DNA from: an uncultured Candidatus Saccharibacteria bacterium
Lineage (GTDB): Bacteria; Patescibacteriota; SOKK01
Reading direction: 5' to 3'
Length of the DNA: 64,000 bases
Assembly: GCA_964518965.1 (NCBI GenBank)
Contig: CAZFJP010000003.1
Coordinates: 25,508-89,507 of the forward strand
Shown: positions 53,810-62,833 of the stretch, one piece after another
Layout of the letters: each line of letters opens with the position of its first letter
Numbering within the stretch: the stretch's first letter is position 1
Program-made: the position numbers and the translations under genes
Notes under the pieces: model-generated
What the model saw: the letters and a program-made list of their open reading frames with translations, nothing else
Database searches by the model: none
What the model was told of the DNA's origin: nothing

Positions 53810-54931
53810 TTATTTAGTTAAGCTGAATTGTTTTTGGTGTTCGCAATATTTTTCTTCAATAAACTTCTTAATTTTTTGCTGAAAGATTTTTTTGTCAAAC
53901 TGCAAGGAATACTGACGAATTTTATTAGGGTTAAAGACATTAGGATTAAACTTGCGAATTGCATTAATGAGGCATTGCGGTGTTTGTTCGGTAAAGAAAA
54001 CGCCACTGATGCCTGGTTTTACGGTTTCCCGAGCACCACCGCGGTTATAGGCAATGACGGGTCTTCCTGATGCCATTGCTTCCACAGGAGTAATACCAAA
54101 ATCTTCTTCGGTAGGAAAAATAAAGGCCTTGGCTTCGGCATAGAGAGTAGCTAACTCTTCGTCGCTTACGTAACCGAGAAATTCAATATTTTTCTTAGCC
54201 ATCTTTTTTAGTTTTTTTAATTCTGATCCAATACCAGCAATTTTTAAAGGTAAGCCAAGATCATTAAAGGCCTTAACAATTAAATCAAATTTTTTGTAGG
54301 GGATTAGACGGCCAAAAGCAAAATAGTAATCTTTGATTTTTTTTGCGGGTTTAAACTTGGAAACATTTACGGGCGGATAAATTACTTCTGCTTTCCATCC
54401 GTAATATTTTTTAATGCGATTAGCAACAAATTGAGAGTTAGCGATAAAGTAATCCACGCGATCTGCGGCAGCCCGATCCCAAATTCTTAAGTAATTAATT
54501 AGATAGGGCATGACAAGTTTTACGAGAGGATTGAGGATTCCGTAGCGAGGATTTTTGATGTATTCATGATAGTCACTCCAGTAGTAACGAATTGGCGTGT
54601 GGCAATAACAGATATGTAAAGTTCCTGGTTTGGTGATTACTCCTTTTGCTTCGGCATGACTGTCGGAAATGACGATATCATATTTACTGAGATCAAAATT
54701 TTCAAAAGCAAGCGGCCGTAGATGGGGGAACATTTGATGTTTGCTTTTGGCAAAAGGGATTTTCTGCAGAAAAGAGGAAATAATTTTGGTGTTTTTTAAT
54801 CGGGGGAATTTTTCGGGACGGTAAACAGAAGTATAAATTGGTGCTTTGGGGTAGAGTTCATGCATTGCCAAAAGTACTTGCTCTGCACCAGCAAGATTAG
54901 TTAACCAATCATGAACAAACGCGATTCTCAT
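53810..54931 (-). CDS. Glycosyltransferase family 4 (GT-B)
   Basis: EDFGITPVEAMASGRPVIAYNRGGARETV motif. Confidence 0.7.
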   Translation of the reverse strand: MRIAFVHDWLTNLAGAEQVLLAMHELYPKAPIYTSVYRPEKFPRLKNTKIISSFLQKIPFAKSKHQMFPHLRPLAFENFDLSKYDIVISDSHAEAKGVITKPGTLHICYCHTPIRYYWSDYHEYIKNPRYGILNPLVKLVMPYLINYLRIWDRAAADRVDYFIANSQFVANRIKKYYGWKAEVIYPPVNVSKFKPAKKIKDYYFAFGRLIPYKKFDLIVKAFNDLGLPLKIAGIGSELKKLKKMAKKNIEFLGYVSDEELATLYAEAKAFIFPTEEDFGITPVEAMASGRPVIAYNRGGARETVKPGISGVFFTEQTPQCLINAIRKFNPNVFNPNKIRQYSLQFDKKIFQQKIKKFIEEKYCEHQKQFSLTK

Positions 54932-55074
54932 AGGTTAAAGGTAGAAAATGAAAGATGTCATTGCGGGTCCCATTGCGGGACGTGGCAATCCCGTCAGGTT
55001 AGCTAATGTCCTCACGGAATTGCTTCGCTCACTACGTTCGCTTGCAATGACTATTACTTTCTGTTCTTTACCTT

Positions 55075-56499
55075 TTAAGACGTATGTCCTTGACTAAACA
55101 GAATTGTCTTAATCGTGAGGAGGATAATTTTGATATCAAATAAAAGCGTCCAGTTCTCAATATAGTAAAGATCATATTTCACCCGTTCTTCAATAGAAGT
55201 GTCGCCGCGAAGACCGTTTACCTGTGCCCAACCGGTAATTCCGCCTTTAACGCGATGGCGGTAGGCATAGCGGGGAATTTCTCGGGAGAATTTCTTAACA
55301 AATCTTGGTTGTTCCGGACGAGGACCAACAATACTCATTTCTCCTTTAAGGACATTGAAAAGTTGCGGTAATTCATCAATGCTGAATTTGCGAATGATTT
55401 TACCGATTTTAGTAACACGCGGATCGTTTTTAGTGGTCCATTTTTTTAGTTTGTCGGCATCCGGACGCATTGAACGAAATTTATAAGCCCAAAATCTTTT
55501 TTCGTCACGTCCAATTCGTTCCTGTTTATAAAATATCGGTCCAAAGTCGCTTAGTTTAATAATAATTGCGGTCAGGATTAGTATTGGCGAAAGTAAAATT
55601 AAACTGATGGTAGAGAAAGTAAGATCAAAAATTCTTTTTGCTATCCGTCCCCAACCAAGAATAGTAGGTTTTTTTACTCCGTAAATGGGAATGCCGTCAA
55701 TATTGGTAATTAAGGAGTAACGAGCGAGAAGACGAGGGATATCGGGAATAAAGCGAAATTCAATATTGCGTTTGCGGCAGGTTTCGGCAAGGTTTAAAAT
55801 ACCTACTAGTTTCTTTGTTGCAGTTAGAAGAACAATATCGGGATGATATTTTTTAATAATTTCTTCCACTTTTTGTTTGGTTCCTAAATAGCGAAAGCCA
55901 TTCTCGGTGAAGAGTTTTTCATTTTCCCGCTCGCTTACAATACCAATCAATTCAAATCCGCCTGTCGTTTTCTTGGCAGTTAAGGTTTGGATAATTTTAA
56001 TTGTTTGTTTCCCGTTACCGACAATCAAAAGTTTCTTTGTCCCGACACCGTAACGGCGGAGCGCTTTGCGTACCGTTTTGACCCAGAATCTTCCCGTGAA
56101 GATAAGGATACAGCTTAGAATAAAAGCGTAAACAATAATTAAACGGGAGAAAGGCGGGTTTTCACTGAAAAAGAAGAAAAGAACAATCAGGGTAGTGCCG
56201 AAAGAAATTGCGCCGACTAGCTTGTAAAAACCGCCGGTACCTTCACTGATTTTCTCGCGATGATAAAGTTTCGCAAACCAGAAAACAATTATCCAAATTA
56301 AGGTAATTGTTGCGATATAGAGGAGGTAAGTTTTAAAATCAATCAATTCCGAAACGGTGCGAATTTCTATATTACTTCTAATGAAATAAGCAAGAATGAA
56401 TGAACCACTAATCGCGATGATATCAGAAATCAAAAAACAGGTTGCGAAGACAGCGTCTGTATCTAAAGTTTCTTTCACTTTTTTCCAAAATCTTTTCAT
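55075..56499 (-). CDS. Undecaprenyl-phosphate hexose-1-phosphate transferase (WbaP/WcaJ-type bacterial sugar transferase)
   Basis: Motifs KRIFDL..S...LLL.SP....TA..IKL.D.GP.FY.Q.R.G and DELPQLFNVLKGEMSIVGPRP. N-terminal TM block plus a C-terminal catalytic domain. Confidence 0.75.
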   Translation of the reverse strand: MKRFWKKVKETLDTDAVFATCFLISDIIAISGSFILAYFIRSNIEIRTVSELIDFKTYLLYIATITLIWIIVFWFAKLYHREKISEGTGGFYKLVGAISFGTTLIVLFFFFSENPPFSRLIIVYAFILSCILIFTGRFWVKTVRKALRRYGVGTKKLLIVGNGKQTIKIIQTLTAKKTTGGFELIGIVSERENEKLFTENGFRYLGTKQKVEEIIKKYHPDIVLLTATKKLVGILNLAETCRKRNIEFRFIPDIPRLLARYSLITNIDGIPIYGVKKPTILGWGRIAKRIFDLTFSTISLILLSPILILTAIIIKLSDFGPIFYKQERIGRDEKRFWAYKFRSMRPDADKLKKWTTKNDPRVTKIGKIIRKFSIDELPQLFNVLKGEMSIVGPRPEQPRFVKKFSREIPRYAYRHRVKGGITGWAQVNGLRGDTSIEERVKYDLYYIENWTLLFDIKIILLTIKTILFSQGHTS

Positions 56500-56626
56500 C
56501 TCTGAAGTTAGTTAATATAGATTATACCAAAAAATAGAAGTCCTAAAATTAAGCGGCTCCTTTTGGATTTTGCATTTTTCGTTTTGAATTTATTTTGTCC
56601 ATCTAATCTGTAAGCCGAGTTCTGTT

Positions 56627-56732
56627 CCCCGCCTAAGTTTCATCGTTGAACTAAATCAAGACTCACTAGAATTGTCAGAACTACTGAACTGATAATGTCT
56701 TGATGGATGTCAATGATGAAATTTAGGCGGGG
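56627..56732. repeat. Palindrome of the 'TTTCATCATTGA...AATCAAGAC' family (copy C), immediately 3' of the RNase P RNA
   Basis: ccccgcctaagtttcatcgttgaactaaatcaagac ... gtcttgatggatgtcaatgatgaaatttaggcgggg. Confidence 0.6.
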
Positions 56733-57092
56733 CGATAATCATCTCTCTAGTCCCCGACTCGCATCGGGGATCAGGCGACCAACCCGTCCCATCCGCTTCT
56801 GGCGGAGAGGCCTACTTGGTCTTACACCAGGCAGGGTTTGGCTCTTCTAAGTATCACTGCTTAGAACTGGGAGCTTTTACCTCACTCTTTTCACCCTTAC
56901 CTTAATACCGGAATGGTATAAGGCGGTTTAAGTTTCTGTGCCACTTTCCCTTGTCGTTTTCTTTTATCTAGAAGGCAAAGAAAACAACCGGTTTGGATTA
57001 CAAACTGCCTTTTTCCCAATAATGAGGGGATATGGTGCTCGGACTTTCCTCCCTGTGCCATAGGACGCAGGGCGATTATCCGATTAGATGGA
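56733..57092 (-). ncRNA. rnpB: RNase P RNA (bacterial type A-like)
   Basis: Minus strand carries the P3 hairpin CCCTGCGTCCTATGGCACAGGG, then GAGGAAAGTCCGAGCACC (P4 5' strand), then ...GGTAAGGGTGAAAAGAGTGAGGTAAAAGCTC (P10.1-P12 consensus-like). GATAATC pairs with GATTATC as a P2 candidate. An upstream promoter is TTGACA-17 nt-TAAAAT (57100-57128 rc). Both ends are approximate. Confidence 0.7.
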
Positions 57093-57443
57093 CATTCTGA
57101 TTTTAGCTTAAAATGATGTTATTGTCAAGAAGATACCATATTATTGAAAAAATGTCAATTCTCAAGGCAATTGGGAGGGACTGGAGGTTTTTGCTGTATC
57201 TCTACATTTTAGGGTTTATCTGCTAAAATAAACTTGCAATGACAAGTAGAAGATATGAAGATTGGGAGAAAAAGGTTTTGCTTAGAGTAAGGGCTCGTGA
57301 GAAGAAAAAGCAAATGATGCCTGTTTCTGGCAAGGGAGTTTTTCAGTTACAAAAATTAATTGGGCGATCTAAATTTAAAAAGAATAATTCTAAATAAGGA
57401 TTTTTAGGGTTTTGGGTTTTGCGTTTTGAGTTGAGTTTTGAGA

Positions 57444-57494
57444 CGGGGATTGGCCCAGTTTCCGCCAGGGGCGGATGCGCCTCTGGCGCACACC
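57444..57494 (+). pseudogene. tRNA-Pro 5' fragment (nt 1-17) plus double-hairpin module (copy 1)
   Basis: CGGGGATTGGCCCAGTT, then TCCGCC-agg-GGCGGA, then TGCGCC-tct-GGCGCA. Confidence 0.55.
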
Positions 57495-57530
57495 TTAGTT
57501 TATCTACATAATTTTTAAAGAAGGGACTAA

Positions 57531-57791
57531 ATGTTTTTTGTCTATTTTTTGAGAAGTAGAAAGAATCGGAAGATTTATACTGGAATGACAGCAAAGATAC
57601 CTTGTGAGAGATTAAAGGAACATAATTTAGGATCGAACAAATGGACGAGAAAAAATGGACCATTCAGTTTGCTCTATTATGAGAAATATTTCTGCAAAGC
57701 TGATGCTATGCAAAGAGAAAGATTTTATAAATCGGGGTTTGGTAGAAAAATCAGAGATTCAATTATTGTTGCTTTAACAAGATTTCAATGA
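57531..57791 (+). CDS. Stand-alone GIY-YIG nuclease family protein (UPF0213/YazA-like)
   Basis: FFVYFLRS.KNRKIYTGMT......RLKEHNLG...WTRKNGP..LLYYEKF......A..RE...K motif pattern in an 86 aa protein. Confidence 0.6.
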   Translation: MFFVYFLRSRKNRKIYTGMTAKIPCERLKEHNLGSNKWTRKNGPFSLLYYEKYFCKADAMQRERFYKSGFGRKIRDSIIVALTRFQ

Positions 57792-57876
57792 GAATAGTTA
57801 GTATTTTAGAGAGCAAGCCTGATTTCTCCGCCAGGGGCGGATGCGAAATTTGGTTTTTCTTTTATAAACTATTTTC

Positions 57877-57993
57877 CGGGGATTGGCCCAGTTTCCGCCA
57901 GGGGCGGATGCGCCTCTGGCGCACACCTGGCGTATCTCTGGTGCACAGGATGTGTTTTAAGATTTACTCTTTCTTTTATCAAGTTATTTTTTC
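57877..57993 (+). pseudogene. tRNA-Pro 5' fragment (nt 1-17) plus double-hairpin module (copy 2), immediately upstream of the intact tRNA-Pro(GGG)
   Basis: Identical 47-mer CGGGGATTGGCCCAGTTTCCGCCAGGGGCGGATGCGCCTCTGGCGCACACCT. A third partial copy of hairpin 1 lies at 57827-57845. Confidence 0.55.
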
Positions 57994-58071
57994 CGGGGAT
58001 TGGCCCAGTTGGTCTAAGGCGCACGCATGGGGTGCGTGAGATCGTGAGTTCGAATCTCACATCCCCGACCA
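57994..58071 (+). tRNA. tRNA-Pro(GGG), CCA encoded
   Basis: CGGGGAT pairs with ATCCCCG. Anticodon loop ATGGGGT. T-arm GTGAGTTCGAATCTCAC. The D-stem has one mismatch. Confidence 0.7.
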
Positions 58072-58087
58072 TTAAAGAATTAAAAGG

Positions 58088-59080
58088 ATGCCTAAGTTTT
58101 ATGAGACAATTGGGGTTGCGATCATTCTAACGCTTCTTATGGGAGGAGGTTATTTTGCATATCACGGACAAGGAGATACTCGTGATAGTTTTGGAGTTGA
58201 GAATTATTCTGAATCAGGTCAAGCTTCTGATTTGGATGTGAATGAGAAACTTTTTTATCAAGCGGTTGCAAGTGGCACTTCTGATGAGCAGATAGCAGTT
58301 TTGCAAAAGGATCTTAATCGTTTGAAAAAGCACGAACAAAGGAATTATTGGCTGATTGTTAAGTTAGGTAAGCAATTTCCGGAGAGTTTTAAGCAAGGAT
58401 ACGAGCTTGAGGATGTTTTTAGTTTTGGTAGCTTGTTACCGGCGTTAAATACCGAAGGAAGTGTAAGTGAGAATATTGCAAAGGTGTTAGGGGAAGATCT
58501 TTCGCAAAAGCAGGGGTTGTTTTGGGAGGATAAAATTGTTTTGCTGAACAGGGTTTATCTGCCTTTTAAGAAGGAGAAGTTGCTTAAACGTTTGGATAGT
58601 CCCACTGAGTTTGATCGTAATTTTCTTGAAGCGCATCCGGATTTTTTTTGGGATTGTCTTACGGAGTTAAACGGTTGGCTGAAGGGGACGGAGGTAGTTT
58701 TGGCTTTTAAGGATGAGGCGCAAAAAAAATCCCGCTTTGAATTGCGGAATTTGTTGCAACGTTTGTATTATCTGGAAGTTTATTTGCGTTATCTGAAAGC
58801 AGAAGAGCCGGATTATTGGCAGAAGTTGGTTTCGGAAAAAGGGGTGGTGTTTATGCTTCAACGTTTGTTTTATCTTGCTAATCAAACTGCTGAAGCGGGT
58901 CGTAAATCCAAGATTTTCAAGGAATATCAATTGGCTTTTAAGCGAGCAACGGATTGGAAGAATCGGGATGTTGTGAATCAATTGGTGAGTGAAGCGGGGA
59001 TTGGTAAGTTTAAGACTTTGCTGCTTTCTGATGCAAAGTTGCGGGAGAAGGGGATTGTGATTGAGTTGAGAGATTTTTAA
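58088..59080 (+). CDS. Hypothetical protein with N-terminal TM anchor
   Basis: 330 aa ORF lying between two tRNA-Pro loci. No recognisable motifs. Confidence 0.4.
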   Translation: MPKFYETIGVAIILTLLMGGGYFAYHGQGDTRDSFGVENYSESGQASDLDVNEKLFYQAVASGTSDEQIAVLQKDLNRLKKHEQRNYWLIVKLGKQFPESFKQGYELEDVFSFGSLLPALNTEGSVSENIAKVLGEDLSQKQGLFWEDKIVLLNRVYLPFKKEKLLKRLDSPTEFDRNFLEAHPDFFWDCLTELNGWLKGTEVVLAFKDEAQKKSRFELRNLLQRLYYLEVYLRYLKAEEPDYWQKLVSEKGVVFMLQRLFYLANQTAEAGRKSKIFKEYQLAFKRATDWKNRDVVNQLVSEAGIGKFKTLLLSDAKLREKGIVIELRDF

Positions 59081-59095
59081 TTTTTAATTTGTTTC

Positions 59096-59285
59096 CGGGG
59101 ACTGGTCTAATGGCTAAGGCACACGATTCGGTTTGCCTGCCGCCAAATTATTCTCGGGGATTGGCCTAGTGGATTAAGGCGCACGCTTCGGGTGCGTGAG
59201 ATCATCGGTTCGAATCCGATATCCCCGACCATGGCTCTGGTAGGCGGGGTTCGTGAGATTCTGGGTTTGAGTCCCGGGTCCCCGA
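59096..59285 (+). other. Split tRNA-Pro(CGG). The 5' half (positions 1-36, 59096-59131) and the 3' half (positions 37-73, 59249-59285) are separated by a 117 nt insert that itself contains an intact tRNA-Pro(CGG).
   Basis: The halves reconstitute a canonical cloverleaf: acceptor CGGGGAC/GTCCCCG, D-stem GTCT/AGGC, anticodon stem CACGA/TCGTG with loop TTCGG|GT, T-arm CTGGGTTTGAGTCCCGG. No CCA is encoded (CTA follows). Confidence 0.55.
59155..59231 (+). tRNA. tRNA-Pro(CGG), CCA encoded (nested inside the split tRNA-Pro)
   Basis: CGGGGAT pairs with ATCCCCG. D-stem GCCT/AGGC. Anticodon loop TTCGGGT. T-arm ATCGGTTCGAATCCGAT. Confidence 0.8.
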
Positions 59286-59472
59286 CTAAGGACAGTTTTT
59301 CTTTTTGAGAGTGTTTCAGGTTTTTCTTTAATATAGTATGGGTTTTGGAATTAGGGGATTGTTTGAAGTGGTGGTAAGGTAAAAGGTAGACGATATTGCT
59401 GGGTTTTTTAATTGGTATATTCTAGAGTTGGCTATATTTTGGGGCTAATTGACGGCTTATTAATAAAAAGTT

Positions 59473-62400
59473 ATGGCCCAAAAATTTTTACACAATGCAA
59501 ATAACGATTCACTTCCTGAATTAGCTGATAATCTTGTTTCGGAAACAAAGAAAATGCTTCATGAAACCAAAACGGAGGAAGATTTAAGAATTGGTTTTGA
59601 AAAACTTTTGGAACCGATAAGGTCCGAATTAAATCTAAATTCAACCCCAAAATACGAAAAATCTGTTTATAGTGGTCGTTCAGATGCAGTACACGGACAA
59701 GTAATAATTGAATATGAACCGCCAAAATCATTTTCATCAAAAAAGAATATAAATCATGCTTACGAGCAATTGGTAAATTACTTGTCCGATGAAGCAAAAG
59801 AAACAAAATTAACTCAATTAGTGGGAATAGGTTTTGATGGCGAGCAGATTTTCTTTGTCCAATATCAAGACAAAAACAACAAAAAGATAGACAAGGCAAA
59901 ATTTTTTATTCGTGGACCTTACCATTTTACTCCTGAAAGTGCCAGAACTTTTTTAATTCATCTACGTGCTCTGTCTCGGCTTCCGCTTAGCCCTGAAAAT
60001 TTGGCACAAAAGTTTGGTCCCCAAAGCGAACTTGCACAAAAAATGGTTTCCTCTCTTGCCAATGCTTTGGAATATTGGGTGGATCAAACACATATTCGCA
60101 CATTTTTTAATGAGTGGAAAAGATTATTTGGTATTGTTTATGGAGAACAATTTACTAGTGGATATCAAGAAAAAGAGGCAGAAAAGCTTTCAAAACTTTA
60201 CAAAGTAGGGAAAGAAACTGAATTTCAAGAGCTTTTATTTTCCATCCATACTTACTTTGCTTTTTTAATGAAACTTATTGCTGCCGAAATTTTGACTTTA
60301 AGAGAAACATCTTTTAGTTCATCTCTTGCTTCAGAACTAGCTCATATTTCGGAGGATGAACTTAAAAGCAATCTTTCCGATATAGAAAACGGTGGAATTT
60401 ATGCCCAAAAAGGAATTACTAATTTTTTGGAAGGTGATTTTTTCCGCTGGTATCTTGATGCTTTTGAATCACCGGAACTAAAAGACGCGATTAGAGAAAT
60501 TGCCAGATGTCTTTCTGAATTTGAACCGGCAACCAGCACTTTAGATCCGGTTTCAACTCGCGATCTCCTCAAAAAACTTTATCAGTATTTAGTCCCGCAG
60601 GAAGTCCGCCATCGCCTTGGCGAATATTATACACCCGATTGGTTGGCGGAATTACTACTAAATGAAGTTGGCTACGATGGCAACACCCTTAAAAGATTTT
60701 TGGACCCGGCTTGCGGCTCCGGAACATTTTTAGTTTTGGCAATTCAGCGCGCAATAAAACATGGCAGAGAAAAAGAAAAGATCTCTGATCTTGAAATCGC
60801 AAAAAGAATCGTCGCCAATATCTGGGGATTTGATTTAAATCCTTTGGCAGTTATTGCCGCGCGAACCAATTATCTTTTTGCTTTGGGAGATTTGGTAAAT
60901 GAACTGGAACGAGTGGAAATCCCAATTTACCTTTGCGATTCAGTTTTATGGCCAGAACAAATAGGGGGACAATTAATCCTCGGTTTAGAGGGAGATGTCA
61001 GAAAAATTAAAACTTCAGTTAAAGAGTTTTTCGTTCCAAGAATTTGGACCGATGAGTTTAAGTGGCGAATGGGCGAAGCCGCAGAAATTATTGAAAGAGA
61101 TGTTAAACTTCAAGTTGATTCAGAAATAGCATTAAAACATTTTAAAGATGTTGGCTTGGCTTTTCGTGGTTGCGAGAATGAGGTTAAAAATTTTTATAGT
61201 CAAATTTTGGACTTGGAAAAAGAAAGAAAAAACGGTATTTGGGCAAGATTTCTTAAAAATTTCTCTGCGCCGATAGTAGCTGGAAGAGAAAAATATGATT
61301 TTGTCGTTGGCAACCCTCCGTGGATTATGTGGCAATATTTGTCAATAGAATACAGAAAGGCTACACAAAATTTATGGGAGAATTATGGTCTTACAAAGAT
61401 CGGGCAAGTACGAAATGTCCTGATTAGGGGTAGAAGAGATTTTTCAATGCTTTTTGTTTATGCTTCCGCTGACTATTATCTTAAAGATGGAGCAAAATTA
61501 GGATTTTTAATAACCCAAGAGGTTTTTAAATCCAAAGGGGCGGGTGAGGGATTTAGGAGATTTCAGCTTGGCGAGGGTAAATATCTTAAAGTATTAAAAG
61601 CCCACGATTTAGTTTCCATTCAGCCATTTGAGGGCGCAACAAATAAAACAGCGGCAATAATTCTTAAAAAGGGAGAAAAAACAAAGTATCCTGTGCCTTA
61701 TATTGTTTGGTCAAAGAAACAAACCATGGGGAAAATCGCTACAGATAAACTTTTAGAAGAAGTAGTTCCTATGCTTTCTAAAAAACGACTCCTTGCTAGA
61801 CCAATTGGTTCAGAAACAGGAGCCTGGCAAACACAAATACAGGGTATAGTTATTAATATTGAGGGACAAAATTATTATAAAGCACATGCTGGAGCTTATA
61901 TTTCTCCTTATGGGATTTTTTGGCTAAAAGTAAAAAGTATACTATCAGATAATAACTTATTAATTGAAAATTTTACTGAAAAAGTAAAAACAAAAATTCC
62001 AAAAACAGAAGCAGTGATTGAGCAGGATTTAGTTTACCCAGCGATACGTGGCTCAGATATTCAAAAGTGGAAGGTATTACCTCAAATCTATGTCTTAATC
62101 ACTCACCCTGCATCACAGACCCCGTATATAGAAGAAGAGATGAAAAAGCAATGGCCGAGAACTTATAGTTATCTGATTAACTTCAAAAACATTTTATTGC
62201 AAAGAGCACTTTATAAACACTTTCATGAGAAATCAGACAATTCTTTTTATGGACAACGTCTTTTTGGAAATTATACTTTTTCAAAATATAAAGTTGTGTG
62301 GAAGCGAATGGCTGAAGACTTAATTTCCGCAGTTGTTTCTCAACATAAAACTTTATTCGGTTATAAAATAATAATACCTGTTGAAACGGTTACTTTCTTT

Positions 62401-62715
62401 TCAACCGACAACGAATTTGAAGCTCACTATCTCTGTGCTATTATCAATTCAACACCAGTCCGTGATTTTATTAAATCTTTCTCTTCTGCTGGTCGAGGTT
62501 TTGGCACGCCTTCGGTAATGGAGCATGTCAGCATTCCAAAATTTGACCCTAAAAATCCGCTTCACCTGAAACTTGCTGAAATTTCTAAAAAATGCCACCA
62601 ATTCAAAGCCGAAGGCAAAGAAAAAGAGATTGAAAAATTAGAAAAAGAAAACGACGAGTTAGTTAAAGAACTTTTTGCTAAAAAAGCGAAGAAAATTGCC
62701 TTATTCACTCATTAA
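59473..62715 (+). CDS. Large gamma-class N6-adenine DNA methyltransferase protein (Type IIG/IIL- or PglX-like): N-terminal domain with a possible degenerate PD-(D/E)xK, central methyltransferase, C-terminal target-recognition-like region
   Basis: Motif X GEYYTPDWLAELLL. Motif I FLDPACGSGTFLV. Motif IV VVGNPPWIMWQY. N-terminal GRSDAVHGQVIIEYEPPK is D-x9-E-x-E-like. 1080 aa. Confidence 0.65.
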   Translation: MAQKFLHNANNDSLPELADNLVSETKKMLHETKTEEDLRIGFEKLLEPIRSELNLNSTPKYEKSVYSGRSDAVHGQVIIEYEPPKSFSSKKNINHAYEQLVNYLSDEAKETKLTQLVGIGFDGEQIFFVQYQDKNNKKIDKAKFFIRGPYHFTPESARTFLIHLRALSRLPLSPENLAQKFGPQSELAQKMVSSLANALEYWVDQTHIRTFFNEWKRLFGIVYGEQFTSGYQEKEAEKLSKLYKVGKETEFQELLFSIHTYFAFLMKLIAAEILTLRETSFSSSLASELAHISEDELKSNLSDIENGGIYAQKGITNFLEGDFFRWYLDAFESPELKDAIREIARCLSEFEPATSTLDPVSTRDLLKKLYQYLVPQEVRHRLGEYYTPDWLAELLLNEVGYDGNTLKRFLDPACGSGTFLVLAIQRAIKHGREKEKISDLEIAKRIVANIWGFDLNPLAVIAARTNYLFALGDLVNELERVEIPIYLCDSVLWPEQIGGQLILGLEGDVRKIKTSVKEFFVPRIWTDEFKWRMGEAAEIIERDVKLQVDSEIALKHFKDVGLAFRGCENEVKNFYSQILDLEKERKNGIWARFLKNFSAPIVAGREKYDFVVGNPPWIMWQYLSIEYRKATQNLWENYGLTKIGQVRNVLIRGRRDFSMLFVYASADYYLKDGAKLGFLITQEVFKSKGAGEGFRRFQLGEGKYLKVLKAHDLVSIQPFEGATNKTAAIILKKGEKTKYPVPYIVWSKKQTMGKIATDKLLEEVVPMLSKKRLLARPIGSETGAWQTQIQGIVINIEGQNYYKAHAGAYISPYGIFWLKVKSILSDNNLLIENFTEKVKTKIPKTEAVIEQDLVYPAIRGSDIQKWKVLPQIYVLITHPASQTPYIEEEMKKQWPRTYSYLINFKNILLQRALYKHFHEKSDNSFYGQRLFGNYTFSKYKVVWKRMAEDLISAVVSQHKTLFGYKIIIPVETVTFFSTDNEFEAHYLCAIINSTPVRDFIKSFSSAGRGFGTPSVMEHVSIPKFDPKNPLHLKLAEISKKCHQFKAEGKEKEIEKLEKENDELVKELFAKKAKKIALFTH

Positions 62716-62833
62716 TCTTGTGATGAAGAAAGAAAGGCGAGGGAATTATTAGAAGGGGCAAAAAGAGCAGTAGAGATTGCTATTGAGAAAAACGAAGAAA
62801 AAGCGCTGGACTATATTTTGGCAAAAAATAACT

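Noticed and set aside
57531-57791. GIY-YIG protein as a homing endonuclease responsible for the tRNA-Pro duplications
   Set aside because: At 86 aa, with no DNA-binding extension, it matches the widespread stand-alone UPF0213/YazA family rather than intron- or intein-associated GIY-YIG homing enzymes. Its position between the repeats may be coincidental.
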